From assembly GCA_007135605.1 (NCBI GenBank), contig SLIN01000043.1:1-44086 (forward strand): a stretch of DNA of 44,086 nt, read 5' to 3'. The notes under the pieces are model-generated. The model was not told the origin of the DNA, did not search any database, and saw only the letters and a program-made list of their open reading frames with translations. This DNA comes from Spirochaetales bacterium (lineage in GTDB: Bacteria > Spirochaetota > Spirochaetia > DSM-27196 > SKKC01). Below, one piece after another: positions 8,901 to 18,947 of the stretch. Position numbers and translations under genes: made by a program. Position 1 is the first letter of the stretch. The number at the start of each line of letters is the position of its first letter.

Positions 8901-9231
8901 TGCGGTCGAGCAGATGAGTCGGCTGGACGATTTGATCCGGGACACCGAAAGCCGGATGGAGGAGCTCCAGAAGGCACGGGAATGGCTCGCGCGAACTGAA
9001 ACCCGACTCCAGGAAGTCGGTGAAGAGGCGAAAGAACAGGTCAAGCTCCTCGGCACGATTATGAAGCAGAGCGGTAAGGAGAAAGTATCAGAAGAGGGCG
9101 CTCCACCGGCAAGCGTTCGGGATACGGTGACGAAGCTCGCACGGCAGGGCTGGAAGGCCGACGAGATCGCGCGTGCCACGAAACTGAGTCTCGGCGAGGT
9201 GGAGTTGATTCTCGAAATGCCGAGAAAGTAG
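5974..9231 (+). CDS. Spirochaete-specific long coiled-coil protein (SpiroCoCo-like)
   Basis: N-terminal TM followed by DRNNRSLEKVKRFADK, about 1000 aa of E/R/L heptad-rich sequence, and a C-terminal HTH-like GWKADEIARATKLSLGEVELILE. Start moved to ATG 5974. Confidence 0.85.
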   Translation: MPITAGDVIVVGIVLVVLAVYRQMDRNNRSLEKVKRFADKVQSDIDNLVAERVTALRDVAIEVDVNQKTSREILKRLNEAEQQLLERAEHVESIGERIDAYDRSLSDLDARTAQAQEGIRRIQEESDYIDSVGKRVKASQERVTEIETRLSETETRFAERNRNALERTRDELLGDVRETVSGIEQRVSETDERVTATLAELDDRSDAAKRHIDSAASELEQSATDVITRAAERLESLRSDAGSDIDELERWTRERFEALAEQGEKLTSASLEKLRAHIEQRTKDSAAALRSDVAERESQLRSELETELSRARSELSDRISADREHLASDFDERLGELQAETGNRIQNIFERVTELVRTVDETESETGDRLQALFRQTTETYDQWREDVTSRLDTAQTEMNEHLEKVEQSRSRVHETASEVERISEQIESRLERQRSELDAQVDERIGTWRVEFDGKINGAADSLYAGFDERLTQSNDALNGRMERLEAAANEMEELESAIRDSMQQLASRLESELEATGESLRSKREEDLARAESETQRIQSTMEELDAELQRLKSSAYENVNEKLKVFEDEFFTDLRNRSVSMDRKLDEWQNSMQEQLISLAEEARQERAELERRYTDDFEEHLSERERALRNHIDTRFQALERDTADRQEQIAETVRNVDQTLGDLTNRVEQRITEVDGATEKRLQTVESRVGEIGERAETVARRVDERAEDAVEQFRADTASFREEIEQRRKQVELESERKLQELRLSIQEAGDTARDQRSELLGTIQRDAEHLRKEIDDLKQAKEEFVEQTHAFDRADELKESLDAEIERLSSDLDRVYERREAIERLDSEVSAIRSMVDDTQNRLNGFMQEKRRIDAIEEDYSKLLNLSEAVESKLAQVTGSNDTLQDLQVRLRKVEELREQVDHGFARLEKKQNVLNATAEGIDKSFNDLEQLENRVHTLHSEIESLPKELSDVRSHIQELARGKEDADHAVEQMSRLDDLIRDTESRMEELQKAREWLARTETRLQEVGEEAKEQVKLLGTIMKQSGKEKVSEEGAPPASVRDTVTKLARQGWKADEIARATKLSLGEVELILEMPRK

Positions 9232-9331
9232 CGCGATCGATGCGTGCATCGGCGGGGTCCCGGCGGTTATTCCGGCCCCGGTCGATCGTTCGTTTCGTCC
9301 GATCTCCGGCCGCTACAGTACCCATACTCAC

Positions 9332-9361
9332 TTGACCCCGCCTCCGGCGGTTGGCTACATT
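9332..9361 (+). promoter_or_regulatory. Candidate promoter of grpE-dnaK-dnaJ
   Basis: TTGACC (9332-9337), 18 nt, TACATT (9356-9361). Confidence 0.5.
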
Positions 9362-9411
9362 ATGACGAGCACCCTGGTACTTCCCAGCACAGAGCAGATA
9401 TAGAGGAATCC

Positions 9412-10095
9412 ATGTCACAGTCGAAGGATCAGCAGAGCGAAATTCGCGATGCTTATGAAGAACAGATGAACGAGGAACAGGTCGCCTCCGGCACAGAGGC
9501 CTCGGAAGACAGAAGTGAGGATACTTCATCAGCCGATGCGGACCGCATTGCGGAGCTCGAGGCGCGGGTTTCTGCCCTCGAGGCAGAGAACAGCGACTTG
9601 AAGGAACAGATTCTGCGCAAACAGGCGGACTTCGAGAACTTCCGAAAGCGGATGCAGCGCGAGAAGGAGGAGTCGGCGAGGTTTGCAAATAAACAGCTGT
9701 TGCTTGACATCCTCCCGGTAATTGATGATTTTGAGAGAGCAATTCAGTCCGCTGAAGAATCGAAAGACTTCAACGCATTCCATGACGGAATCGCTCTTAT
9801 CGAGAAGCAGTTCACGGGGATGCTTGAACGAAAATGGGGGCTGAAACGCTTCGACGCGGAGGGTGAGGACTTCGATCCTCAGTGTCATGAGGCCGTCGCC
9901 GCGGAAACGGATTCGGATACGGATACGCCGAAGGTCCTCGAAGCGTTCCAGAAAGGGTATCTTCTCCATGATAAGGTATTGCGATCTGCTAAGGTCAAGG
10001 TATCCATGCCCGGAGGAACGGCCGACGAGCAGCAGACGCAGCCCGACGGAGACGCCGAATCGGAGCCGGCTTCCGATGACGGCGGTGCGGAATAG
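9412..10095 (+). CDS. grpE: Nucleotide exchange factor GrpE
   Basis: LRKQADFENFRKR, LPVIDDFERA, FDPQCHEAV, QKGYLLHDKVLRSAKVKV. Start ATG 9412 with SD GAGG. Confidence 0.96.
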   Translation: MSQSKDQQSEIRDAYEEQMNEEQVASGTEASEDRSEDTSSADADRIAELEARVSALEAENSDLKEQILRKQADFENFRKRMQREKEESARFANKQLLLDILPVIDDFERAIQSAEESKDFNAFHDGIALIEKQFTGMLERKWGLKRFDAEGEDFDPQCHEAVAAETDSDTDTPKVLEAFQKGYLLHDKVLRSAKVKVSMPGGTADEQQTQPDGDAESEPASDDGGAE

Positions 10096-10128
10096 AATAA
10101 ACTCGGAACTCGAAAGGAGCAGTCAGGG

Positions 10129-12075
10129 ATGGGTAGAATAATCGGTATAGACCTCGGAACAACGAACTCGTGCGTCGCAATCATGGAAGGCGGCGAGCCG
10201 GCCGTTATCCAGAACGCCGAAGGGCAGCGTACGACCCCCTCGATGGTCGCATATACCTCGAAGGGCGAGAGGCTCGTCGGACAACCGGCAAAGAACCAGG
10301 TCGTAACGAATCCGGAATATACCGTGTATTCGATCAAGCGGTTCATGGGCCGCCGTTTCGACGAGGTAAAAGAAGAGATCGGAATGGTCTCCTACAAGGT
10401 CGAGAAGGATAACAACGGCGGACTAAAGGTGGATGTCGGCGAGAAGAAACTCTCTCCACCCGAGATATCCGCGGCGGTGCTTCAGAAAATGAAGGAAACT
10501 GCGGAGGACTATCTCGGTGAATCGGTCACCGAAGCGGTGATTACCGTGCCCGCCTACTTTAATGACTCGCAGCGACAGGCGACAAAAGATGCAGGGCGCA
10601 TCGCCGGGCTCGAGGTCAAGCGGATTGTGAACGAACCCACTGCGGCAGCGCTTGCGTACGGTTTCGGCAAGGAGAAGAACGAAGAGCGCATCGCCGTGTA
10701 CGACCTCGGGGGTGGAACGTTTGATATATCGATCCTCGAGCTCGGTGACGGCGTTTTCGAGGTGAAGAGTACCAACGGCGATACTCATCTCGGGGGCGAC
10801 AACTTCGACCAGCAGGTCATTAACTGGCTTGTTGAGAACTTCAAGAACGATTATGGGATCGACCTTTCGAAGGATCGTATGGCGCTGCAGCGACTTCGTG
10901 AAGCTGCTGAAAAGGCCAAGAAGGAGCTTTCGAGCACTCAAAGCACCGAGATCAATCTGCCGTTCATCACGGCGGATAACTCCGGCCCGAAGCATCTACA
11001 GTATTCCTTGAGCCGCTCGAAGTTCGAGCAGATGGTGGCAGATCTCGTCGAGAAAACCAAAGGTCCTTGTCAGAGTGCGTTGAAGGACGCAGGTGTGGGT
11101 GCGTCGGATATCGACGCGGTTATTCTCGTCGGTGGATCGACTCGAATTCCCGCCGTTCAGCGACTGGTGAAAGATCTCTTCGGACGCGATCCTCATAAGG
11201 GGGTCAATCCGGACGAAGTTGTAGCAGTCGGTGCGGCGATTCAGGGCGGTATCCTCGGGGGCGATGTTAAGGATGTCCTTCTTCTCGATGTTACGCCGCT
11301 TTCGCTCGGGATCGAAACGCTCGGCGGAGTATTCACGAAGCTGATCGAGCGTAATACGACTATTCCCACGCGAAAGAGCCAGATCTTCTCTACGGCAGCC
11401 GATAATCAGACGGCCGTGAGCATCCATGTCCTTCAGGGTGAACGCGAAATGGCCAGTCAGAACCGCACTCTCGGTCGGTTCGATCTCGTCGGGATACCGC
11501 CGGCACCGAGAGGAGTTCCGCAGATCGAGGTCAGCTTCGATATCGATGCGAACGGGATTGTGCATGTTTCGGCGAAGGACCTCGGAACCGGTAAGGAGCA
11601 GAAGATCCGCATTGAATCGAGCTCCGGGCTTTCGGAAGACGAGATCAATCGGATGGTGAAGGATGCCGAGTCCCACGCCGAGGAAGACCGTAGGGCAAAA
11701 GAGGCTGCCGAGGCACGCAACGAGGCCGACAGTCTTATCTACTCAACCGAGAAGAGCTTGAGTGACTACGGTGACAAAATCAGCGACGAGGATCGCCGGC
11801 AGATCAACGAAGCGATCAGCGCGCTGCGCGGGTCGCTCGACAGCGGGGATCCAGACGATATCAAGGCAAAGAGCGAAGCTCTCAAGCAGGCGTCGCACAA
11901 GCTCGCCGAAGAGGTCTACAAGGAGAGTGCCGCTTCTCAGCAGGCCGGGACAGACACCGGGGGCGAGAGCGAGCAGGCAGGTGGTAACGGCCAGAGCGAA
12001 AGTGCCGAGAGTGGCGACAGCGAAAATGTGGAAGATGTCGACTACGAGGTAGTTGACGAAGACGAGAAACAATAA
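10129..12075 (+). CDS. dnaK: Chaperone DnaK (Hsp70)
   Basis: [34 protein letters not shown]. Confidence 0.99.
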   Translation: MGRIIGIDLGTTNSCVAIMEGGEPAVIQNAEGQRTTPSMVAYTSKGERLVGQPAKNQVVTNPEYTVYSIKRFMGRRFDEVKEEIGMVSYKVEKDNNGGLKVDVGEKKLSPPEISAAVLQKMKETAEDYLGESVTEAVITVPAYFNDSQRQATKDAGRIAGLEVKRIVNEPTAAALAYGFGKEKNEERIAVYDLGGGTFDISILELGDGVFEVKSTNGDTHLGGDNFDQQVINWLVENFKNDYGIDLSKDRMALQRLREAAEKAKKELSSTQSTEINLPFITADNSGPKHLQYSLSRSKFEQMVADLVEKTKGPCQSALKDAGVGASDIDAVILVGGSTRIPAVQRLVKDLFGRDPHKGVNPDEVVAVGAAIQGGILGGDVKDVLLLDVTPLSLGIETLGGVFTKLIERNTTIPTRKSQIFSTAADNQTAVSIHVLQGEREMASQNRTLGRFDLVGIPPAPRGVPQIEVSFDIDANGIVHVSAKDLGTGKEQKIRIESSSGLSEDEINRMVKDAESHAEEDRRAKEAAEARNEADSLIYSTEKSLSDYGDKISDEDRRQINEAISALRGSLDSGDPDDIKAKSEALKQASHKLAEEVYKESAASQQAGTDTGGESEQAGGNGQSESAESGDSENVEDVDYEVVDEDEKQ

Positions 12076-12086
12076 GCAGGGGTCGG

Positions 12087-13217
12087 ATGGCATCCGTGGC
12101 TAAACGGGACTATTACGAGGTGCTCGGCTTGAATAAGGGGGCGAGCACCGAAGAGATAAAGAAAGCGTACCGAAAGCTCGCGGTTCAGTATCATCCGGAT
12201 CGAAACCCGGGCGATCGGCACGCCGAGGAAGCGTTCAAGGAAGCAACCGAAGCGTACGAAGTTCTTGCAGATGAAGAACGACGGCGCGCCTACGACCAGT
12301 TCGGGTTTGCCGGCGTAGAAGGCATGGGCAATGGTGGCGCCGGCGGTGCGCACGACTTCGGTGACATTTTCTCCGACTTCTCCGATATCTTTGACACGTT
12401 CTTCGGTGGTGGCCGGCGCTCCGGGCGCGGCGGTGCTTCCCGCGGTGGTGCCCGCCGCGGTTCCGATTTGCGCTACGATGTGGAGCTTTCTTTCGAAGAG
12501 GCGGCGTTCGGCAAAGAGATGGAGATCGAGTTCGACCGCCGGACGGCGTGTGACGAATGCGGTGGCTCCGGTGCCGAGGGCGCCGGAGGGCGGCGGACTT
12601 GCGAAACGTGCGGCGGCATGGGCCAAGTCAGGCGTAGCTCCGGCTTCTTCTCGATCGCAACCGCATGCCCGACGTGTAACGGCGAAGGTCAAGTTATCGA
12701 GAGTCCGTGTCGGGTATGTCGTGGAAGCGGAGTGAAGAAGCAGAAGCGCGAACTGAACGTTAAGATTCCGGCCGGTATCGACAGCGGAAAGCGCATCAAT
12801 ATACCGGGGGAAGGAGACGCAGGTCCGAACGGCGGCCCGAATGGGGACCTGTATGTGTTCGTTCGTGTCCGACCGCATAAGTACTTCGAGCGCGAGGGAA
12901 ACGACGTGTACTGCGTTATCCCGATAAGCGTCACGCAGGCGGCTCTCGGTGGTGAAATAAACGTCCCTACACTGGATAAGAAGCGTGTTCGGGTTAAGAT
13001 TCCCAGCGGCACACAGAACGGCAAGATTCTGCGGCTGAAGGGTGAGGGGATTCCGTATCTGAATGCCGGAAGCCGCCGGGGTGATATGTATGTCCGGGTT
13101 CACGTCCAGATACCGGAGAAGCTCAGCGGCAAGGCAAAGTCGCTTCTGAAGGAGCTTTCCGAGGTGGAAGGCGAGGTGTACGACCCGGAACCGGTGCGTC
13201 TGTCACAACTCAAATAA
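12087..13217 (+). CDS. dnaJ: Chaperone DnaJ
   Basis: J domain with HPD, G/F region, four CxxCxGxG repeats. Confidence 0.98.
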   Translation: MASVAKRDYYEVLGLNKGASTEEIKKAYRKLAVQYHPDRNPGDRHAEEAFKEATEAYEVLADEERRRAYDQFGFAGVEGMGNGGAGGAHDFGDIFSDFSDIFDTFFGGGRRSGRGGASRGGARRGSDLRYDVELSFEEAAFGKEMEIEFDRRTACDECGGSGAEGAGGRRTCETCGGMGQVRRSSGFFSIATACPTCNGEGQVIESPCRVCRGSGVKKQKRELNVKIPAGIDSGKRINIPGEGDAGPNGGPNGDLYVFVRVRPHKYFEREGNDVYCVIPISVTQAALGGEINVPTLDKKRVRVKIPSGTQNGKILRLKGEGIPYLNAGSRRGDMYVRVHVQIPEKLSGKAKSLLKELSEVEGEVYDPEPVRLSQLK

Positions 13218-13275
13218 CATGTTCAATAGCGGACGGTGTTGCGACGATACTCTGTAATGGAGGTGTTGTCCCGTT

Positions 13276-13752
13276 ATGCAAGTCGCGCGTATCGCCGTCA
13301 CGGTTATCCTTGCTATGATAGGCTCATTCGCTGTTCTCACTGCTCAGGAACCCCCGGAGGTGCTCGACGAGCCTTCCGAAGACGCTCCCGACTATGCGGT
13401 CGATCTCGACGAGTTCGATCCACCGGAGAGTCCGATCTTCTCCGCATCGGATATGGGTGATGAGTGGGAGCTTATCGACACAAACGACGACGGCCGGTAC
13501 GACTACGCTGTGATAGTCGATCGGAGTAATCGCTTGGTACGCGCAGCGATGGATTACTCCGGGGACGGCTCGTTTGACAACTTTTACTACTACGATCGCG
13601 GCGCGTTGACCGTGCACGAAATCGACACGAACGGTGACCGCGCTATAGACCTGCGCATTTTCCTCGCTGATGGGGAGTACATCTCCCGTTACGAACAGGA
13701 CACGAATCACGACGGGACCAAAGACCGGGTGGAGGAGTATGGCGAGGAATGA
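13276..13752 (+). CDS. Secreted acidic protein with four Dx[DNS]xD[GR] calcium-binding-like loops
   Basis: Signal-peptide-like N-terminus, then DTNDDG, DYSGDG, DTNGDR and DTNHDG spaced about 23-24 aa apart. SD GGAGG. Confidence 0.75.
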   Translation: MQVARIAVTVILAMIGSFAVLTAQEPPEVLDEPSEDAPDYAVDLDEFDPPESPIFSASDMGDEWELIDTNDDGRYDYAVIVDRSNRLVRAAMDYSGDGSFDNFYYYDRGALTVHEIDTNGDRAIDLRIFLADGEYISRYEQDTNHDGTKDRVEEYGEE

Positions 13753-14473
13753 GTGGGTAACTTCGTTCCGTGCCATCGAGGGATATCTTGAAAGCGATTC
13801 ATCCGGCGAGTTGCTTCTGGAACAGGGCCACGCGCGCGCCGAATCGCTCGCCGTGCATGCTCGACGGTGTAAGCGGGTTCGCGTAGCTGAGGTCTCACGC
13901 TCGAAACTTCGGAGCCGCACCGGAATACGGAACGCACGTATCGCAGCATTTCGATCGACGGGAAGCGAAAAGGCGAGCGGTACGCAAAGATTCGAGTTGA
14001 GCTCGCTGTTTGATGCAGCACCTGAAAGCGTTGTGGTTGCGCTCGATCAGATCACCGATCCTCATAATGTCGGAGCGATCATACGAAGTGCCGATCGTTT
14101 CGGTGCACGCGCGGTAATCTATCCTGCACGCGGAGCCCCGTCGATCGGAGAGACAGTGATGCAGGCGAGTGCGGGAACCGCCGGACACATCAATCACGGT
14201 CCGGTCGTCAATCTGGCACGGAGTCTAAGAAGCCTCGCACGGGCCGGTTACTGGGTGTACGGATGCGACGCCTCCGGGCGCGATATTCGAACCGCTGTGA
14301 TTAACGTCCCGGCAGTTATCGTTCTCGGTAGTGAAGGCAAAGGTATGCGTCCCGCAGTGCGCTCGGCGTGCGATGAGTTGCTCTCAATACCCGGGACAGG
14401 GTTTGCCGACAGCCTGAATGTCTCGGTCGCCGCCGGGATCGTTCTGTACGAGCTTTTTCGCCGCCTCAATTAG
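13739..14473 (+). CDS. rlmB: TrmH/SpoU family RNA 2'-O-methyltransferase (RlmB-like)
   Basis: ITDPHNVGAIIRSA, VLGSEGKGM, DSLNVSVAAGI. Start ATG 13739 overlaps the upstream gene. Confidence 0.85.
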   Translation: MARNEWVTSFRAIEGYLESDSSGELLLEQGHARAESLAVHARRCKRVRVAEVSRSKLRSRTGIRNARIAAFRSTGSEKASGTQRFELSSLFDAAPESVVVALDQITDPHNVGAIIRSADRFGARAVIYPARGAPSIGETVMQASAGTAGHINHGPVVNLARSLRSLARAGYWVYGCDASGRDIRTAVINVPAVIVLGSEGKGMRPAVRSACDELLSIPGTGFADSLNVSVAAGIVLYELFRRLN

Positions 14474-15738
14474 GAGCCGAATACGCGAGCGGCAATGTCG
14501 GTCCGCGACCAGGCTCCGTCGAAATGTATGCTCTCGGCCAACTCGTATGCTCCCGTTCGTGCCCGAAATACATCGGTGTCCCGGCAAACGCACGTGAAGC
14601 ACCGCCCACCGGCCGTAACGATCTGCGAGTGTTCGTTCGAGCGAGTGCCGGAGTGGAAGATGAGCCGATCCAATGAGCGCGGTGTAACGTAGGCACCGTC
14701 AACGTTGTCGATTGTGACGGGAACGTCCTTCTGGTACGAGTCCGGATAACCGGCACTCGCGACCACGACGCCGACCGAAACGAGATCATCGGTTTCGATT
14801 CGGCAACGGGAGATCGAGCCGTCGATCATCGCTTCGCATACATCCAGAATATCCGCCCGGAGAAGCGGTAGTATGACCTGAGTTTCCGGGTCACCGAGGC
14901 GCACGTTGTATTCGAGGGTGTACGGTCCGTGTTCGGTGAGCATTACTCCGATATAGAGTACTCCTGTGTAGTCGAGCCCATCGTTGCGGAGACCTTCGAT
15001 CGACGGTTCGATGATCGTACGCTTCACCGAACTCCACGTTTCGTCGGCGATCCACGGTACCGGCGAAATAGAGCCCATCCCGCCCGTGTTGGATCCAGTT
15101 CCCCGCTCACCGGACTTCTTATAGTCGGCGCATGGCGGCAGAATGCGGTGTCCGTTCGAATCTATGAGTGCAAACGCGCTCACCTCGATACCGTGCAGCC
15201 GTTCCTCGAGCAAGACCGGTCCGGATTTCAGAGCGGAGTTCGCGAATGGAACCGCGTCGGTTGCAGAGTTGAACTCCCGAACCCCTTTGCCGCCGGCGAG
15301 TCCGTCCATTTTGACCACAACGGGGCCGGGGTTCCCGGAGACGAACGCGTGTAAATCCGACTCTGTTTGCACAACGTCTGCGGCCGCCGTCGGCACGCCG
15401 TGGCGTTCCATGAACGCCTTTGCGAAAGACTTGCTCGATTCGAGCCGAGCAGAGCTCGCCGGCGGTCCGATCGCGGCAATACCGCGATCGGCGAGGGCGC
15501 TCACGACATCCGCTGCGAGCGGCTCTTCCGGTCCCACGAATACCAGGTCAATGCTGTGACGTATCGCCGTTTCGACGACTGCATCAACATCGTTCGCGTT
15601 AATCTCGACATTCGTGCCGAGCTCGGCCGTGCCCGGATTCCCCGGAGCACAGTATAGACCGGTTATTCGGTTACTTCGTACAAACTTCCATGCGAGCGCG
15701 TGTTCTCGCCCACCTTTACCGAGAATCAGAACCTTCAT
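14470..15738 (-). CDS. purD: Phosphoribosylamine-glycine ligase
   Basis: MKVLILGKGGREHAL, GPEEPL, KMDGLAGGKGV, NTGGMG, EYNVRLGDPETQ. Confidence 0.97.
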   Translation of the reverse strand: MKVLILGKGGREHALAWKFVRSNRITGLYCAPGNPGTAELGTNVEINANDVDAVVETAIRHSIDLVFVGPEEPLAADVVSALADRGIAAIGPPASSARLESSKSFAKAFMERHGVPTAAADVVQTESDLHAFVSGNPGPVVVKMDGLAGGKGVREFNSATDAVPFANSALKSGPVLLEERLHGIEVSAFALIDSNGHRILPPCADYKKSGERGTGSNTGGMGSISPVPWIADETWSSVKRTIIEPSIEGLRNDGLDYTGVLYIGVMLTEHGPYTLEYNVRLGDPETQVILPLLRADILDVCEAMIDGSISRCRIETDDLVSVGVVVASAGYPDSYQKDVPVTIDNVDGAYVTPRSLDRLIFHSGTRSNEHSQIVTAGGRCFTCVCRDTDVFRARTGAYELAESIHFDGAWSRTDIAARVFGS

Positions 15739-15807
15739 CGTTTCCCTCACTCCGACGCTTTACGCATCAACATGTGCCTTTCAGGACGCGACGGGCCGCC
15801 GCAGCAG

Positions 15808-16449
15808 TCACGGCACCCCCAGTGTGGCCCATTCCGGAATCGCGTCCTCCAGTTGCGTGCGGGTCGCCACCTCGGAATCCGATCGAGGCGTGTCCATGTT
15901 GTCCAACAAACCAGTTACAACCACCGGATAAACAGCGTGCTCTATCGCGTGAATGTGTTGCTCGAAATCGTCGAAATCGGTTGCTGCAGCTTTCGAAAAC
16001 GAAACCTGAGCGATGGTAGGTCCGGTGTCGACGCCGTGGTCTACCCAGTGAACGCTCACGCCTGCCCGGCGATCATCCGACTCCCAGCTTCGTTCGATCG
16101 CGTGCAGTCCCGGATGTGCCGGGAGAAGTGAGGGGTGGATGTTCACAATCCGCCCCGAAAAACGGTCAACGAATGATGCCGAAAGGATACGCATGAATCC
16201 GGCAAGAACGATCAGATCTGTATGAAGCTCCAATACCGTGTTCGCGAGCTCACTCTCAGCATCCTCGCGTGAACGATTTCGGTAATGAACGTGAATCGTT
16301 GCATACCCTTCGTTCCGTGCCCAGGACATGACGCCGCTTTCACGACGATCGCTTATGATCGCAGCAACTTCGTGTCGCTCCGGCAGGTGCCGGGCGATTG
16401 CACGTGCGTTGGAGCCGGTACCGCTTGCGAGAATGGCGCAGCTACTCAC
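15808..16449 (-). CDS. purN: Phosphoribosylglycinamide formyltransferase
   Basis: ASGTGSN, LAGFMRIL, NIHPSLLP, VHWVDHGVDTGP. Confidence 0.96.
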   Translation of the reverse strand: MSSCAILASGTGSNARAIARHLPERHEVAAIISDRRESGVMSWARNEGYATIHVHYRNRSREDAESELANTVLELHTDLIVLAGFMRILSASFVDRFSGRIVNIHPSLLPAHPGLHAIERSWESDDRRAGVSVHWVDHGVDTGPTIAQVSFSKAAATDFDDFEQHIHAIEHAVYPVVVTGLLDNMDTPRSDSEVATRTQLEDAIPEWATLGVP

Positions 16450-17395
16450 GTCTTACCGTTCCAATTCGAGTCGCCCGGATACCGGCGCGTTCCATTAATC
16501 GATCAAACTCCGGCGCACTCGGTCGTTCAACCACGATCGCGAGTCCAATTCCCATGTTGAATATGCGAAACATCTCATCATTCGCGATATTCCCTCGGCG
16601 CTGCACTTCATCGAAGACCGGGGGTATCGGCCAATCGTACGTCAGTTCGCATGTCAGCCCGTCCGGGAGCACTCGGTCTATATTCGATGCAAGACCTCCG
16701 CCGGTAATATGTGCGGCTGCCGAAACCCCGGAAATCGACCTGAGGACGGCACACTCCTGTGCGTAGATGCGTGTAGGCGTCAGAATCGAGTGCCACACGT
16801 CGTCGGGCGCATCCGCGAGGGCTCGTCGTGCGAGAGAGAACCCGTTAGAGTGCAATCCACTCGATTCCACTCCGTAGATGTGGTCGTCGCCCGCAATTCT
16901 CTCGTATCTGGGAAGCATCATGTCGCGTTCGACGATTCCGGTAACGAAACCGGCGAGATCGAATTGTCCGCGCCCGTAGACATCTGGCATCTCGGCGGTT
17001 TCGCCGCCGACGAGAGGGCAGTCTGCCTGTTCGCAGCCGGTAACGATCCCGTCGACAATCTCGCGCAACGGTGTTTCTGACAGTGAACCGCATGCGATGT
17101 AGTCGAGAAACTGAAGCGGTTTTGCGCCGCATACCAGCAAATCGTTCACACACATGGCAACGAGGTCGATACCGATCGTCGAATACACGCCGAGTTTAGC
17201 CGCGACGAGGAGCTTTGTCCCGACACCGTCGGTCGAAGAAAGGAGAATCGGATGTTGATATCCACTCAAGTCGAGAGCCGTCCCACCGGCGAATCCTCCG
17301 ATGTCGGGTGAAATCGAGGGAGAATCAATTGACCGGATGTATTCGGCGAAGGCGTCCCCGGAGCGAATGTCTACACCCGAGCTCTTATAGTCCAT
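16442..17395 (-). CDS. purM: Phosphoribosylformylglycinamidine cyclo-ligase (AIR synthetase)
   Basis: MDYKSSGVDI, TDGVGTK, DLVAMCVND, GGETAEMP, HSNGFSL, HITGGG, FNMGIG. Start ATG 17395. Confidence 0.97.
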   Translation of the reverse strand: MDYKSSGVDIRSGDAFAEYIRSIDSPSISPDIGGFAGGTALDLSGYQHPILLSSTDGVGTKLLVAAKLGVYSTIGIDLVAMCVNDLLVCGAKPLQFLDYIACGSLSETPLREIVDGIVTGCEQADCPLVGGETAEMPDVYGRGQFDLAGFVTGIVERDMMLPRYERIAGDDHIYGVESSGLHSNGFSLARRALADAPDDVWHSILTPTRIYAQECAVLRSISGVSAAAHITGGGLASNIDRVLPDGLTCELTYDWPIPPVFDEVQRRGNIANDEMFRIFNMGIGLAIVVERPSAPEFDRLMERAGIRATRIGTVRRE

Positions 17396-17399
17396 ATTA

Positions 17400-18908
17400 C
17401 TATCTCTCACCGCCGTCGGTTGCGGGATTTGGTTTGGTGGAACGCACCGTGCGTGGCTCTTTTGCATCGATCGGTTGTAATCGGCCCTCTTTTCGGTCGC
17501 GTGGTTGCGGCGCTCGTTCTTCCGCTGTCAGGGGTACGGTAATCGGGTAGGAGCCGGTAAAACAGGCGTAGCAATACCGGTCAGGTCGGTCAAGCATACC
17601 GCGAAGACGGTCGATGTCGAGGAAACGGACCGAATCCGCACCGACATACTCGGCTATTTCTTCAGGATCGAGACGATTGGAAATCAGTTCTTTCCGCGTC
17701 GGAATATCGATACCGAAGAAACACGGCCAGCGCAGCTCGGGTGAGGAGAGCCGCAGGTGCACCTCGCGGGCCCCGGCGCGGTAAAGAAGGCGAACGAGGC
17801 TGCGGGCGGTAGTTCCACGTACGAGCGAATCGTCGACAAGTATTATTCGCTTATCACGAATAACGTCTTCCACCGGATGCAGTTTCATGCGGACCGCGAG
17901 CTCTCGTTCGGCTGTCGTCGGCATAATGAACGATCGACCGGCGTAATGGTTGCGCGTCAATCCGAAATCGAAAGGAAGCCCGGCCTCTCGCGCATAACCG
18001 ACCGCCGCGCTCGTGCCGCTATCGGGCACGGGAACGACAATGTCTCCGGCGAGTCCGTCATCGGCATCCGCCTGCGCGAGCGCCGCCCCCATACGACCAC
18101 GGGCGGCGTGCACTCCGTTGGCGAAAACGCGGGAATCCGGGCGGGCGAAATAGATGAGCTCGAAGACGCACTGCGCCGGCTGCACCGACTCGTCGGCAAT
18201 ATGCACCGAGCGCTCCCCACTCACGTCCAGAAAAAGCACTTCGCCCGGTTCGAGCTCACGCATCTGACTGCAACCGAGTATTTCCAGCCCACAGCTCTCA
18301 CTTGCTAACACCCGCATGCCGGCCGTGCTCCCTATAAACAGGGGGCGAAAGCCGTGTGGATCGCGGACGGCGATCAAACGGTCATTGTGAACGAGCAGCA
18401 TGGTAAATGCTCCCTCGAGTTGCGACAGCGTTGCCAGCAATGCCTCATCGAATGTTCGGCAACGTGAGCGCGAAATGAGGTGAAGCACGAGCTCGGTATC
18501 GGAGCTCGTCTGAAAGATTGCTCCTTCGTCTACGAGCTCCTGCTTCAGCTGCCGGGCATTCGAGATATTCCCGTTATGGGCAATCGCAATATCGCCCTTG
18601 TTGCAGCTGACGACCATCGGCTGGGCGTTTTCGAGCTTGTTTCCGCCGTGGGTGCTGTAGCGGACGTGTCCAATTCCGACCCGGGTCATTCGGTCGCCGG
18701 AGAGATAGCGTGAGAGGACACTCGAAACCATTCCGAGGTCCTTGAAGGCCACCGTTTTCCCGTTCTTCCGATATGCGATCCCGGCGCTTTCCTGTCCGCG
18801 ATGCTGAAGGGAGAAGAGCGGAAAGAACAACTGTCTCGGGATATTCCTTTCCTGGTCCGAGTATAATCCGGCTACGCCGCAGAAGTGGTGCAGGTCCCCA
18901 TTTGCCAC
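17400..18908 (-). CDS. purF: Amidophosphoribosyltransferase (propeptide/Fe-S type)
   Basis: Short propeptide then CG, QHRGQESAG, HVRYST, HNGN, LVDDSLVRGTT, and Fe-S cysteines (CVFE, PCFFGID, CYAC). Probable start GTG 18908. Confidence 0.96.
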   Translation of the reverse strand: MANGDLHHFCGVAGLYSDQERNIPRQLFFPLFSLQHRGQESAGIAYRKNGKTVAFKDLGMVSSVLSRYLSGDRMTRVGIGHVRYSTHGGNKLENAQPMVVSCNKGDIAIAHNGNISNARQLKQELVDEGAIFQTSSDTELVLHLISRSRCRTFDEALLATLSQLEGAFTMLLVHNDRLIAVRDPHGFRPLFIGSTAGMRVLASESCGLEILGCSQMRELEPGEVLFLDVSGERSVHIADESVQPAQCVFELIYFARPDSRVFANGVHAARGRMGAALAQADADDGLAGDIVVPVPDSGTSAAVGYAREAGLPFDFGLTRNHYAGRSFIMPTTAERELAVRMKLHPVEDVIRDKRIILVDDSLVRGTTARSLVRLLYRAGAREVHLRLSSPELRWPCFFGIDIPTRKELISNRLDPEEIAEYVGADSVRFLDIDRLRGMLDRPDRYCYACFTGSYPITVPLTAEERAPQPRDRKEGRLQPIDAKEPRTVRSTKPNPATDGGER

Positions 18909-18915
18909 GATGTCC

Positions 18916-18947
18916 AGTGTATAGCACCGCCCGGAGACGAGGGTCAA
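18916..18947 (-). promoter_or_regulatory. Candidate promoter of the pur operon
   Basis: Minus strand TTGACC, 18 nt ending TGc, then TATACACT, ending 7 nt before the GTG start. Confidence 0.5.

Noticed and set aside
9232-9411. CIRCE element or hrcA upstream of grpE-dnaK-dnaJ
   Set aside because: No TTAGCACTC-N9-GAGTGCTAA match and no hrcA-like ORF. The extra 56 N-terminal codons of the grpE ORF are probably untranslated.
15739-15807. Missing purH between purN and purD
   Set aside because: The gap is only about 70 nt with no remnant. pur gene order is variable and purH may lie elsewhere.
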